Source: Candidatus Bathyarchaeia archaeon (GTDB lineage Archaea; Thermoproteota; Bathyarchaeia; Bathyarchaeales; Bathycorpusculaceae). From it: a stretch of DNA of 64,000 nt. Below, in pieces: positions 47,498 through 57,872 of this stretch. Location of the stretch: the NCBI GenBank assembly GCA_049516875.1, contig JBEKSS010000011.1, positions 32,001-96,000 of the forward strand. The letters run 5' to 3'. The notes below the pieces were generated by a model. The model saw only the letters and a program-made list of their open reading frames with translations. It was not told where the DNA came from and ran no database searches. The position numbers and the translations under genes were made by a program. Each line of letters begins with the position of its first letter. Positions within the stretch are counted from its first letter, which is position 1.

Positions 47498-47794
47498 TCA
47501 AAGCAGAGTTTTCAGCTTTTCCTTGTCCCAGCCGAACAGGGGGCAAGCCTCGCATTTCTCCATAAATTCTAGTCCTTTCTTCGTTGTCTTGAAGTTTTGT
47601 CTCTCGTCGATTTGCAGTAGTCCTCTGTCTACTAGTTCGCCGAGGTACAGTTTAGCCTGCAAGTATGACAGGCCTACGTCTCTCATCAGTTCAGTTTTCT
47701 TTTTTCCAGAAACAGCCCTGTTCATTATTTCAATCGCGATCTCGTGCCTATCTCTGTTAACCATTTGATCCCAACTGAAAACTGCTATATCCAT
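47498..47794 (-). CDS. Winged-helix DNA-binding protein
   Basis: RDRHEI..KTELMRDVGLSY..TTKKG. Confidence 0.8.
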   Translation of the reverse strand: MDIAVFSWDQMVNRDRHEIAIEIMNRAVSGKKKTELMRDVGLSYLQAKLYLGELVDRGLLQIDERQNFKTTKKGLEFMEKCEACPLFGWDKEKLKTLL

Positions 47795-47840
47795 TCAGTG
47801 TTGCCGTTCTACAAAATATATGCCTTTTCCTGTTTGTACT

Positions 47841-48641
47841 TCACGACATTGGGCTAAAAAGAACCAAGTATGTCATGAGAACCGCGCTCGCGGCGAAGGT
47901 CAAGACCCAGACTCTCTTGTCCCAGACGAAAACTTTCAGTCCATCAAATATTCCGAAGGGAATCAGATTGAAGACAGCTATCCAAGCATTGAAAAACGCA
48001 ATGACTGCAAAGTCCAATGTGTGACTTGGCAACACAGCCGTAGCAACTGAAAAGATCGTTGCCAACACAATATTCGTAGCGGGTCCTGCGACGGCTGTTT
48101 TCCCCATCGTTTTCCGATCGGGACCACCAGCCACCATAACTGCACCTGGGGATATGAACTTCACAAATGGCAAGAATATGGAAAACAGTGTTAGGACTGC
48201 GCCCATCAATGTCAATCTGAACTCTGCCCACAGTCCATGTTTTTGCGCAACTATTTTGTGGGCTATTTCGTGTAAGAGGAATGAGGCCGTGAACGCCGCT
48301 ATGGACAAGGCTAGCAAGAGGTAGTCTCCGTTCATGGTGCTTGCAAAATCCAATGATAGTCCCACGCCGACAACGAGTATCGTTGCCAAGGCCAGGTGTC
48401 CGATTTCCTTGTTGCTGAAGTGGAATTGTCTCTGCGTTGGCTTGAGCGAAACGTAAGTGTACTCGTTTGGCTTTCGCTCTTGAACCATTACTGGCGGTGC
48501 CTGGTCTTTAGGCAAGCGTGCCTGTGCCATTTGCGGGCAACCGTGGTTTTCTGGCAGCCGATGTTCAGAACAGAAGTAGCCCCCGCAGTACTGACATCTG
48601 AAAGGCAGGAACGTTTCTTGTCCACACTTTTGGCACATCAT
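47841..48641 (-). CDS. AN1 zinc finger + M50 site-2 protease
   Basis: CQYCGGYFCSEHRLPENHGC; HEIAH; AGP; FNLIPFGIFDG. Confidence 0.9.
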   Translation of the reverse strand: MMCQKCGQETFLPFRCQYCGGYFCSEHRLPENHGCPQMAQARLPKDQAPPVMVQERKPNEYTYVSLKPTQRQFHFSNKEIGHLALATILVVGVGLSLDFASTMNGDYLLLALSIAAFTASFLLHEIAHKIVAQKHGLWAEFRLTLMGAVLTLFSIFLPFVKFISPGAVMVAGGPDRKTMGKTAVAGPATNIVLATIFSVATAVLPSHTLDFAVIAFFNAWIAVFNLIPFGIFDGLKVFVWDKRVWVLTFAASAVLMTYLVLFSPMS

Positions 48642-48859
48642 TGCATTGTTTTCACCAGTATCTGTTTCTTTGAAAGAAGGGCTTATGATGTTTATATGTT
48701 TCTATTTTCGTGGAAAGCTGCATTGTTTGTGCTTTCTGGCCTTCATTTTTGATGAATCGAGTTTTCAGGGCCTTTTATGTGAATAGGGAAGGAAACCACA
48801 AGCGAAAAGTAAAGCTCGTAACTTATTTAACATGTCAGAATGATAAACTAACGCGCGTG

Positions 48860-50077
48860 ATGGTGAAGAGTCTGAAGCCTTTCAGTTTTGTACATGTGGC
48901 TGATTTGCACTTGGGCTATTCACAGTATGGCTTGGAAGTTCGTCGTGAAGACTTCGACGGAGCCTTCAAAGAGTTGGTAGATAAAACGATGGAACTGAAG
49001 CCCGACTTCATGATTATTGCTGGAGATCTCTTCCATCAGGCACGACCTTCCAACATCACGTTAGAAAACAGCATTAGAGACTTCAATCGTCTGCGCGAGG
49101 CTGGGATCTCAGTGTTGACAGTTGACGGTTCGCACGATTCGGCTCCGAACTCGATAACAGGGACGATTATGAATCCGTTGGACAGTGCCGGTTTGATTTA
49201 CCATTTGCCCAGGCATGAAGGAGCGTGTTGGCGAAAGGCCGCCTGTTGTTATGTTTACGGCGTGCCCAACTACAGGAACAGGCATAGGACAGAAGAGTTG
49301 CTTCCGACTTTCATGGAGCAGAACAGGCCAAATCCAGATACATCAGTGTTCAATATCTTCGTTTTCCATATGGCTCTAGACCTTCCAAACGTCAAGCCTC
49401 CCTACATTGAGGCTGAAGCTACGCCTGAACTCATACCTGAGGGCTTCGACTACTATGCTGCCGGGCACGTGCACAAACCATACATGGGAAAGTTCAAGAC
49501 TGGTCTTCTGGTTTACAGTGGATGCACTGAGACAACAGACTATGTTGAAGCAAGAATCAAGAAAGGCTTCTACTACGTCAAGGTGAACCAAGAGGGAGTA
49601 GCTACTCCAGAATTTACAGAGTTTGAATCCTCTCGCGAATTTGTGATATTGGAGCAAGACTTCACAGGCCTCGCTCCTTCAAGAATCACGGAGCAGTCCA
49701 TTCAAGCAGTCAAGGCGGCTGACAAAGAGGGAGCAGTCATTATTCCAGTTCTCAAAGGTATCCTGCCTGCTGGAGCAACTCGTATAGAAGTTGACGTCGC
49801 ACGAATTAGAGCGGCTGCGGAGAAGGCTTTGTTGGTGCATCCTGTTGTTTTATTACGTGAGAGTGAAGTCTCAGAAGAGCTAGTTCGTTCAATCTTCGAG
49901 AGTGAAGTCAAGGATTTGAAAACGAAGGCTTTCGAATATTTCTTGCAGATCTTTTCCGAACGTCACAGTAAGGAAGAAGCAGAAAAAATATCCCACATTG
50001 CAGTCAGTCTGATAGAGCCGCTCACTAAGAAGCAGGAGGAAAAAGTGAAACAAGCCATAGAGGAGCTTCTTCAATGA
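48860..50077 (+). CDS. mre11: DNA repair nuclease Mre11
   Basis: ADLHLG, AGDLF, GSHD, AGHVH; upstream of rad50. Confidence 0.9.
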   Translation: MVKSLKPFSFVHVADLHLGYSQYGLEVRREDFDGAFKELVDKTMELKPDFMIIAGDLFHQARPSNITLENSIRDFNRLREAGISVLTVDGSHDSAPNSITGTIMNPLDSAGLIYHLPRHEGACWRKAACCYVYGVPNYRNRHRTEELLPTFMEQNRPNPDTSVFNIFVFHMALDLPNVKPPYIEAEATPELIPEGFDYYAAGHVHKPYMGKFKTGLLVYSGCTETTDYVEARIKKGFYYVKVNQEGVATPEFTEFESSREFVILEQDFTGLAPSRITEQSIQAVKAADKEGAVIIPVLKGILPAGATRIEVDVARIRAAAEKALLVHPVVLLRESEVSEELVRSIFESEVKDLKTKAFEYFLQIFSERHSKEEAEKISHIAVSLIEPLTKKQEEKVKQAIEELLQ

Positions 50078-52161
50078 GAATTGAGATTGTGCAACTTGAA
50101 AACATTCGTTCACACGTGAAGTCAACAGTGCCCTTTGCGCGGGGATTCAACTGCTTAGTAGGCGGTCTAGGATGTGGCAAATCCAGCATCCTGTACTCTA
50201 TTGATTTCGCACTGTTCGGGGACCCTATTGGCAGAGCCTTTGACTACCTGTTGCGGGAGGATGCAACCGTTGGAAGAGTCATTGTTCAATTCACTCAGAA
50301 CGGAAAGAGCTACAGAATCTTCCGAGCCTTGAAAAGGCATGGGAAAGGCATAAGTCAGGACTTTAACGAGTTGAAGCTTTTCGTGGGCGAAGACCTGATA
50401 TCAAGCACAAAAAATGACGCTGTTGCTGAACAACTCAAGGCGATAACAGGCTTGGACAGGGATCTTTTTCGTGAGATAATCTGGGTCAGACAAGAGCACC
50501 TGAAAGAGTTTCTGAATCTACAGCCGAGGGAAAGACAAAGACGTTTGGACGAGCTGTTTGGCCTGTCAGACTATGAAACAGCATGGAGCAATCTTGCTGG
50601 CTACGTGCGGGAATACGGAGGGGAAAAAAAGGCTTATGAAAAGGACCCTGACGTTGCTGGGATGGAAAAACTCGGTGAAGAGTACGATAGAACGGCAGTT
50701 GAGTTTTCACGAGTCGAGATTGAACTCCAAGACGTTGCGAAGAAGTTGGTCTCTACCAAGAAGGTTTTGGAAGAAGCTGATTTGAAGCTCAGAGAGCTGG
50801 AAGAAGTCAGAGCGCAGAACGAAGAGCTCAGACGGAAAGAGGCGAAAATACACGCCAACTTGACGAGCATGCAAGAAGCAAATGCTTCCTTGGTCGAGGA
50901 AGTCGAAGGCAAAAGAGGTAGGATTGAAAACCTTCAGCGAAGATTGAACGCCATGGGAAAACAGTTGGAATCCTTCAATTCGGAACTCAAAGAGCTTGGA
51001 ATTTCGAATGATCAGCCGATTGAATCATTGAGAAGGCAGATTGCAACATTTGATGACCAAATCTCAAGCCTGAAGGGTGGGCAGGAGGCGACTCTCAGAA
51101 ACCTGCAAGCAGACGAGAAGCGACTTTCCTCGCTCTCGTCGGAGAATCGATGTCCACTCTGCATGCAAACTCTGGACGAAGCCTACAAGGAGGGGTTAAC
51201 ACAACGAATTGTGGAGGAGAATGAAGGGCGAAAAAGAAGAGTGAACCAGCTTCGCGGCTCGATAGAAGAGCTGCAGCAATTGAAGGCCAAGGTGAGCACT
51301 GTTTTCTCGAATATGCAGATACTTGCTCCTAGGATTGAAGATTTGAAATTGCGACTAAGAGAGGAAAATGATGCGTTGTCCGAAATCTTGGGTGAGCTGG
51401 AAAAGAAACAGAAGTTGGAGAGCGAACTGCGTGTTCAGGTCGAGGTTGTTCGTCAGGAGCTAAACAGGTTCGACATCTCAAGCTTGGAAACTGCAAAAAC
51501 AAGAAGGGAGCAAGCCTTTAGGCAGTATTATCTCTTAGAATCCGATTTGCATGCCAAGGAAAACCGCAAAAAAGATTTGACTAAACACTTGGATGAAATG
51601 AAGGAAAGAATCGACAACGGGCAACAGAAAATCGAGCGCATGAAAAAGATAGAAAAGGTCATCGAGATCATAGAGGGAATACGCAGTGCTTACAGAAGCA
51701 TACAGCCCAAGCTTCGAACTGAATTTGTGAAAGTCTTGAGAGGTTTTGTTCAACAGGTTCTTGACAGTCTAGCCGGCGAAGAGGGCCCGTTATTGAATTT
51801 GTCGATTGACGAAACCTACACGCCGTACGTGATTAGCGAAGGCAACGTTGAACGAGAAGTTTCGAATTTATCCGGTGGGGAACGGACAATGCTTGCCTTC
51901 GCATACCGTCTCGGCTTGGGCCAGTTGATTATGCAGTCCAGAACAGGCCACGGATTGACCCTGCTTCTGCTTGACGAACCTACCGAAAGTCTCGGAACAG
52001 AAGACGGTTCAGTGCACCGTTTGGCTGAAGCAATTTCCAGGTTCAAAGCGATAGAACAAACGATTGCAGTTACACACAGCGATGCGTTTGCAGAAAAGGC
52101 TGAACATGTAATCAGACTTGAGAAAGAATTGGGCCAAAGCAAGATTTCAGTTGAAAAATGA
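50074..52161 (+). CDS. rad50: Rad50 ATPase
   Basis: GCGKSS, CPLC zinc hook, LSGGE, LLDEPT. Confidence 0.9.
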   Translation: MRIEIVQLENIRSHVKSTVPFARGFNCLVGGLGCGKSSILYSIDFALFGDPIGRAFDYLLREDATVGRVIVQFTQNGKSYRIFRALKRHGKGISQDFNELKLFVGEDLISSTKNDAVAEQLKAITGLDRDLFREIIWVRQEHLKEFLNLQPRERQRRLDELFGLSDYETAWSNLAGYVREYGGEKKAYEKDPDVAGMEKLGEEYDRTAVEFSRVEIELQDVAKKLVSTKKVLEEADLKLRELEEVRAQNEELRRKEAKIHANLTSMQEANASLVEEVEGKRGRIENLQRRLNAMGKQLESFNSELKELGISNDQPIESLRRQIATFDDQISSLKGGQEATLRNLQADEKRLSSLSSENRCPLCMQTLDEAYKEGLTQRIVEENEGRKRRVNQLRGSIEELQQLKAKVSTVFSNMQILAPRIEDLKLRLREENDALSEILGELEKKQKLESELRVQVEVVRQELNRFDISSLETAKTRREQAFRQYYLLESDLHAKENRKKDLTKHLDEMKERIDNGQQKIERMKKIEKVIEIIEGIRSAYRSIQPKLRTEFVKVLRGFVQQVLDSLAGEEGPLLNLSIDETYTPYVISEGNVEREVSNLSGGERTMLAFAYRLGLGQLIMQSRTGHGLTLLLLDEPTESLGTEDGSVHRLAEAISRFKAIEQTIAVTHSDAFAEKAEHVIRLEKELGQSKISVEK

Positions 52162-52174
52162 AAAGGCCTTTTGC

Positions 52175-53137
52175 ATGCAGAGAAGAACAAGAAAGACTTC
52201 TTTGGCAGAAGGTGCAACCGCAGGGTTTCTCTTTGGGACTGCGTCCATCTTCGTGAGGTTTCTGCAAGACCTGAACGGATTCTCAATAGTTTTCTGGCGG
52301 TCAGTCATCGCTTGCTTCGCGTTGCTTGTGACATTGCTTGTACTCAGAAAGCCATTTGACCGGCGTCTTGTGAGACAGAATTTCAAGGAGTTGTTTGTTC
52401 TAGGCTTTTTTCTTGCCCTTCACTTCATACTCTTTGTTCTTGCGGTGAAAGACACTACAATTCTTAATGCGACCGTTCTTGTAAACACGACTCCGTTCTT
52501 CTCACTGGTCGTATCGAGTTTCGTCTTCAAGATAAAACCGTCCCACATGCAACTTGTAGGTTTGTCAGTCTCTTTCATCGGCTTATGTACAATTGCGCTT
52601 GCCGCAAGCGGAACTGCTCATACCGGAGGCTTTTCTCCGAACCTGAAAGGTGATTTGGAAGCTGTGCTAGCAGCGGTAGTGGAATCTCTTTATCTCAACT
52701 ATGGCAAGAAAATGCGTAATCAAATGAATGTCCTTTCTTCGATGTTGCCAATCTATGCTTTAGCAGCTGTTGTGGCGGGAGCTCTAAGCCTCGTTGGTGG
52801 GAAAACAGTTTTGACTTTGCCAACGCAGGAAGGAACTATACTTTCGATATTGGGACTGGGTTTGCTTCCGACTGCAATTGCACACACATTGTATTTCTCG
52901 TCTCTGTCAAACCTCAAATCCTTTGAAACCGCGACCATGGCTTTGCTTGAGCCCGTAGGTGCAACGCTGTTGGGTGTGTTTCTGTTCCAAGAGGTGCCTG
53001 CACCCGTGTTCGTGCTGGGGGCAATCGTCGTTTCTGCGGGCATCCTTTTTATTGGCAGAAACCAGAATCAAGAGAGAGCTCAAGTTCTGCTGAGCGGATC
53101 GACAAAAGCAACGTGCTATTGTAGCACATTCAACTGA
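52175..53137 (+). CDS. EamA/DMT transporter
   Basis: About ten hydrophobic segments; LLEPVGA. Confidence 0.85.
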   Translation: MQRRTRKTSLAEGATAGFLFGTASIFVRFLQDLNGFSIVFWRSVIACFALLVTLLVLRKPFDRRLVRQNFKELFVLGFFLALHFILFVLAVKDTTILNATVLVNTTPFFSLVVSSFVFKIKPSHMQLVGLSVSFIGLCTIALAASGTAHTGGFSPNLKGDLEAVLAAVVESLYLNYGKKMRNQMNVLSSMLPIYALAAVVAGALSLVGGKTVLTLPTQEGTILSILGLGLLPTAIAHTLYFSSLSNLKSFETATMALLEPVGATLLGVFLFQEVPAPVFVLGAIVVSAGILFIGRNQNQERAQVLLSGSTKATCYCSTFN

Positions 53138-53194
53138 GTATAATTGCTGTGGAGGAAGATTTAATCTTTAGTCTTTCAGGAATAGGTATGAGGT

Positions 53195-53479
53195 CTACTC
53201 TTCTTCAGCTATTTTCACTTCTTTGACAACTAAAGTGTTGTCTTTGCCGCCTATTACCCTGTAAACGTCTCTTAATTCTTTTCTGTGTATGAACTTGCGC
53301 AAGAGTACCCGCAGATAGGTTCTTGAGATAGCTTCTTCTCCCTCGGCTTTGACTGTGATTTCCTTCATTCCTGCCTCAACTTTCGCATGCGTTTTTTCTT
53401 CCAGAAAAGCCGTTAGCTCCTTCACGACCTCGCTTCCTTCACTTTTCAGGTCTGAAATATCAATCTTTGTTTCCACCAT
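53195..53479 (-). CDS. rpl22e: Ribosomal protein eL22-like
   Basis: ISRTYLRVLLRKFIHRKELRDVYRVI parallels eukaryotic eL22 (FSKRYLKYLTKKYLKK..LRDWLRVV). Confidence 0.7.
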   Translation of the reverse strand: MVETKIDISDLKSEGSEVVKELTAFLEEKTHAKVEAGMKEITVKAEGEEAISRTYLRVLLRKFIHRKELRDVYRVIGGKDNTLVVKEVKIAEEE

Positions 53480-53490
53480 GTTTTGTCACC

Positions 53491-54156
53491 CTATTTTCTA
53501 ACCATTATCACTCTTACCTGATCACAGGCGTCCTCACACGAGTCTGCAATCATTTCCAACGCCTCAAAAAGTTGGCTTGCTAGTATCGCTACTCCGGCCT
53601 TCGGAAGGTCCTCTGTTCCAATCAGAACTCTGGCCTTTTCGTGTATGTCATCAACCTTTTCCTCTTCTCGTTCTACCATGTCAGCGGCTTGAAGGGCTTC
53701 TCCTGGTTTTGTCATAATTTTGTTCACGCACTTCTGGAGGGAAACAGTGCATTCTTTCACGCTTTTAACCATTTCTATGAATGCGTTTTTGATTGTGTCG
53801 GGCACGTGTTCCATCGGTATCGCACCTAGCACGCGGGTGGACTCTCTGCTCCAGTCTGCGACCATGTCCACCCTCTTCACAAGGTCCATTAGGTCTTCTC
53901 TGTCTGTTGGCGAGAGTTCTCCAGTTGAGATTTCGTCCATGACTTTTCTTCGCAAGGAATCTGCTTCTTTCTCGCCGCTGGCCACTCTTCCTATGCAAGC
54001 TTGCATTTCTTTCAAGTCTTCTTCCACTGCTGCTTTTATCGCGTTCTGCAAGTCTTCAACTATGCCTGTTGTCAAAGCTAGATGCCGCTGGATATTCGCC
54101 AAAGCCTTGGTTTCTTTTCGCTTTTCGAACCATTTTATCAGTTCACTCAACGGCAA
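53491..54156 (-). CDS. DUF47/PhoU-like phosphate transport regulator
   Basis: EKEAD, DREDL, EEKVD, IADSCED. Confidence 0.85.
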   Translation of the reverse strand: MPLSELIKWFEKRKETKALANIQRHLALTTGIVEDLQNAIKAAVEEDLKEMQACIGRVASGEKEADSLRRKVMDEISTGELSPTDREDLMDLVKRVDMVADWSRESTRVLGAIPMEHVPDTIKNAFIEMVKSVKECTVSLQKCVNKIMTKPGEALQAADMVEREEEKVDDIHEKARVLIGTEDLPKAGVAILASQLFEALEMIADSCEDACDQVRVIMVRK

Positions 54157-55246
54157 TTTCCTCCTTCAACCCTGTCGTCGGATACTCGAACACGTGGGCT
54201 TTCTCCGGCGGAAAGCTCACCGTTACTTTATCCTCAACACTAAACCATTCTCCTGTCATGGAAGGTTTCACAACTACAATTAGATCCTGGTTTTCAAGCC
54301 TAATTTCGTAGCGTATATTTGTTCCCTCAAACGTCACTCTTTCAACCACTCCTGCAATCGAGTTCTTGTTCTTTTCCGTTCCTTTCTCAACTAGAAAAGT
54401 CTCTGGCCTTATGGCCAACACCACTCTTTCGCCCTTTCTTGCTTCGTCATGAGTCACTCCAAACTGAATTCCACCGCGAAGCTCTATTGTCATCTCCTTG
54501 TCACCTTCATTAGCAACATATCCTTCCAAGAAGTTTGATTCTCCTATAAAGTTGGCTACAAACACGTTTCCTGGCGCCATATAAAGCTCACTTGGAGTTC
54601 CAACCTGTTTGATTCTTCCTTTCTTCATGACAGCTATCCTGTCCGAGATTGCCATTGCTTCAGCCTGGTCATGAGTCACGTGAATGGCCGTTAACCCCAA
54701 GTCCTTGGCCATCCTTCTTATTTCATACCTCAAGTCATTCCGCACTTTTGCATCCAGCTGCCCCAAGGGTTCGTCCAGAAGCAACAGTTTGGCCCCTGCG
54801 GCTAAGGCTCTCGCTACGGCTATCCTCTGCATCATTCCTCCGCTCAACTCGTTCGGAAAAGCGTCCAGACGCTCATTCAATCTCACCATTTCAAGCACCT
54901 CATGCCCGATAGTCCCTGCCTTCTTCATGTCAAAGCCTTTTACTCTAGGCCCGTAGGTAACGTTGTTCCATGCGTTCATGTGCGGGAATAATGCAAAAGT
55001 CTGGAAGACGAAACCCACGTCACGATCTTCTGGAGGAACATTGTTCACGAGTCTGTTACCTATGTATATTTTGCCCTCGTCTGGCTGAATTAGTCCCGCG
55101 ATAAGCCTGAGAAGTGTTGTTTTCCCGCATCCACTGGGTCCTAGTAGAGCGAAGTATTCTTTGTCTCTTACGTGAAGGCTAACACCATCTACAGCGACGA
55201 GTTTGCCGAATCTTTTTGTGACGTTTTCTATAACGACATCAGGCAT
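54143..55246 (-). CDS. ABC transporter ATP-binding protein (PotA/FbpC-like, TOBE)
   Basis: GPSGCGKTT, LSGGMMQR, LLLDEP, HVTHDQ. Confidence 0.92.
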   Translation of the reverse strand: MPDVVIENVTKRFGKLVAVDGVSLHVRDKEYFALLGPSGCGKTTLLRLIAGLIQPDEGKIYIGNRLVNNVPPEDRDVGFVFQTFALFPHMNAWNNVTYGPRVKGFDMKKAGTIGHEVLEMVRLNERLDAFPNELSGGMMQRIAVARALAAGAKLLLLDEPLGQLDAKVRNDLRYEIRRMAKDLGLTAIHVTHDQAEAMAISDRIAVMKKGRIKQVGTPSELYMAPGNVFVANFIGESNFLEGYVANEGDKEMTIELRGGIQFGVTHDEARKGERVVLAIRPETFLVEKGTEKNKNSIAGVVERVTFEGTNIRYEIRLENQDLIVVVKPSMTGEWFSVEDKVTVSFPPEKAHVFEYPTTGLKEEIAVE

Positions 55247-55320
55247 CTGTTGTTCCTCTTATACGGATCTTAGCGGTTTTTTGAGGATATTGATAGTTCT
55301 CCGGTTCTTTATTAATCATG

Positions 55321-56997
55321 TCAGTATCTTCCTCTTCCCTTTACGATTAGTCTCAATGCTAGGAGAATGATGAATGAAAACAGTATCAAGAAACCGCTTC
55401 CTAATCCTATCTGCAACAGCGTGGCGGGCTGCTGTCCAAGCGGAGGCCTTATCCAGTTTACGAGGACCACCGGTACGGTTCTGAGCGTCGTCGTCACTGC
55501 CGTCGTCGCGCCGGTTTCGCTTACGCTTCTTGTGAAGACTAGTATGGCGCCTGAAAGTATAGAGTATTTGGTCAGGGGCAGAACGATGGTCCTGAAAACT
55601 CCTAAAGGTTTAGCGCCGAGTGTTCTTGAAGCTTCTTCCATGTCCATGCTGATCCTCTCTACAGCCGCCGACATTGACCTTACGAAATATGGGTACGTGA
55701 TTGTAAGGTGAGCAAATATCAGCAGCAAAAGGTCTGGTATGAAAGCGAAGGTCTGTTTCCAGAAAATTCCCAGCGAAAACCCCAGTGCTATTGAGGGCAC
55801 AACAAGAGGAATGTTGACAAGAATGTCCAGAATTGCTGATTGTGACGAACCGAACTTTCTCCTCGCAATCGCAATGGCCATAGGTAATCCTATGATTATG
55901 TTGAGCACGGTGACTATTGCGGCAAGGGTATAGGAAAGAACTAGCCCCTGCCAATAGTCTCCCCATATCCCTACACGTTGCAGGGATTCGTTCAACGTGC
56001 TCGTGAAAGCCGCGCGGAACGCTGGAAGTGCAACAAAAAGAGATGGTGCTAAGACAATAACCAAGAAGATGGCAAGCGTGACAGTGTTTCTTGAGGATTC
56101 TGCTTTTGAATAGCTAAGCTTTCTCTCAAAAGACGGCCAAATTCGTCTGACGGGCAACTTAAACCTCGGACCCACCGCGCGAATTATTATGAAAATTGAC
56201 ACAGAAACAGCGATGAGGATGAAACTTGCAAAAACGGTGGCCCCGTAATAGATGGTGTTGTTGACACCGAGGTAAGCGTTCTTCATGTTCTGCAAGAAGA
56301 CCGGACCATTTTCAAAGAAGGTTCCCGCGACGATGAACGTTGCGCCCGTTTCTGAGAGTGATCTTGAAAAAGCAAGTATGAAAGCGGCTATCAATGATGG
56401 TTTTATTATTGGAAACGTAACGGTTCTTGAAGCTGTAAATGGTGGGGCACCCAGTGTCCTTGATGCGTTCTCGAACTCTCGTTTGTAGTCGAGCAACGCT
56501 CCGACGATGACTCTGACGACGACAGGGAAGGAGAAAGTAAAATGAAGGAGTATTACCAGCAGCCACCCCTCTGAAATCAGCGGCCCGCTGAATAGCATCG
56601 AAATGCCCTCAGGCCCGTTCCAGAAAAGCAGAAGCGAGTAACCGAGCACGGCGGTCGGGACGATGAATGGGATATCAGACAACGTGTCAAGGATGCTTAG
56701 CCATCGCGATTTTTTCCGCGCAATGAGCCAAGCCATCGGAATTCCAGCAATAAGATCAATGGCTGATACGAACAATGCTATTGTGAAACTATTCGTAATC
56801 GCACTAAGGGCACGATTCTTGAGCGATGCATCATCAAGAACTACTTTGATTGCACCCCAATTGATGGCTATTCCCAGTATGGGAGGGAGCAGAATTAACC
56901 CGAAGAACAGGACTATCGCGATCAAGTACACAGCGTACTTTATGGTTCTTTTTGATGATACGGCGTCTAGAGCCTCGATGATCTTCTTTTTGAGCAA
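55321..56997 (-). CDS. ABC transporter permease (duplicated, FbpB-like)
   Basis: Two EAA loops, ENASRTLGA and EEASRTLGA. Confidence 0.9.
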   Translation of the reverse strand: MLKKKIIEALDAVSSKRTIKYAVYLIAIVLFFGLILLPPILGIAINWGAIKVVLDDASLKNRALSAITNSFTIALFVSAIDLIAGIPMAWLIARKKSRWLSILDTLSDIPFIVPTAVLGYSLLLFWNGPEGISMLFSGPLISEGWLLVILLHFTFSFPVVVRVIVGALLDYKREFENASRTLGAPPFTASRTVTFPIIKPSLIAAFILAFSRSLSETGATFIVAGTFFENGPVFLQNMKNAYLGVNNTIYYGATVFASFILIAVSVSIFIIIRAVGPRFKLPVRRIWPSFERKLSYSKAESSRNTVTLAIFLVIVLAPSLFVALPAFRAAFTSTLNESLQRVGIWGDYWQGLVLSYTLAAIVTVLNIIIGLPMAIAIARRKFGSSQSAILDILVNIPLVVPSIALGFSLGIFWKQTFAFIPDLLLLIFAHLTITYPYFVRSMSAAVERISMDMEEASRTLGAKPLGVFRTIVLPLTKYSILSGAILVFTRSVSETGATTAVTTTLRTVPVVLVNWIRPPLGQQPATLLQIGLGSGFLILFSFIILLALRLIVKGRGRY

Positions 56998-57089
56998 GTT
57001 TTCCCTTTTCCGTATCGCGACTTATATTGGTGCATCGTAATTTTTCTTTTTTCACTTGTATTTTTGTTCATAAATTTTCCGTGTAAGAT

Positions 57090-57156
57090 TATGTCAGTTC
57101 GCCCGTCGAGTCACATCACAGCAACTGCTCTGTTGACTCTCGTTCTCATCATCCTG
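57090..57156 (-). ncRNA. Box C/D guide sRNA, predicted target 16S C1402
   Basis: Minus strand: C ATGATGA (57146-57152), D' CAGA, C' GTGATGT, D CTGA (57094-57097); D-guide CGACGGGCG; TATA-like CTTAAG about 30 nt upstream. Confidence 0.65.
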
Positions 57157-57229
57157 GCTGAACTAGGGGATACGACAAAACTTAAGGCTTGTGCACCGCA
57201 AATTGTCAGACTCGGAGTTGAAGTAACGT

Positions 57230-57763
57230 ATGGATGTACTTGAGGCAATTAAGGGGAGGAGAAGCGTAAGAGCCTTCAGGAGCGAGAAGAATGTCTCGGA
57301 GGAAACTGTTCAAGAGCTCATTGATGCAGCTTGTTGGGCGCCTTCTGCTGGTAACATACAGCCATGGGAATTCGTAATCGTCAGAAAACCGGAAATCAAA
57401 AGAAGACTCGTTGAAGCCGCATTTAAGCAATCATTCTTAGAGGATGCTTCAGTCGTGATTGTTGTTTGTGCAGACGAAGAACGTTCTTCTGAAGGCTATG
57501 GTCAAAGGGGTGGAACACTGTATTGCTTACAGGACACAGCTGCCGCAATACAGAACATTCTCTTAGCTGCTTACTCACTTGGCCTAGGTACGTGCTGGGT
57601 CGGCGCGTTCAAAGAAGAAGAGGCAAGGGAAATCCTGAAGATTCCGCGGGGAATACGACCCGTAGCGCTGATTCCTGTAGGCTATCCACTCAAGTTTCCT
57701 TCTCCCCGGGCCAAGCGAGCAGTCAGCGAGATAGTCCATTATGAAGTTTTTCATTCCAGATGA
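57230..57763 (+). CDS. Nitroreductase family protein
   Basis: RRSVRAF, APSAGNIQPW, LGLGTCWVG. Confidence 0.92.
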   Translation: MDVLEAIKGRRSVRAFRSEKNVSEETVQELIDAACWAPSAGNIQPWEFVIVRKPEIKRRLVEAAFKQSFLEDASVVIVVCADEERSSEGYGQRGGTLYCLQDTAAAIQNILLAAYSLGLGTCWVGAFKEEEAREILKIPRGIRPVALIPVGYPLKFPSPRAKRAVSEIVHYEVFHSR

Positions 57764-57872
57764 CACACAAAGTTTCTTGAAACGAAACACTTCAACACCT
57801 CGATTTGCCCTGCTGTCTTAGTGTGAAATTTTAATATGCCGTTGAATCCACTTTACCTGTGAGGCTTTCAAG

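Noticed and set aside
48860-52161. mre11-rad50 without adjacent herA-nurA as a novel system
   Set aside because: The operon is often split and the partners may lie outside the window.
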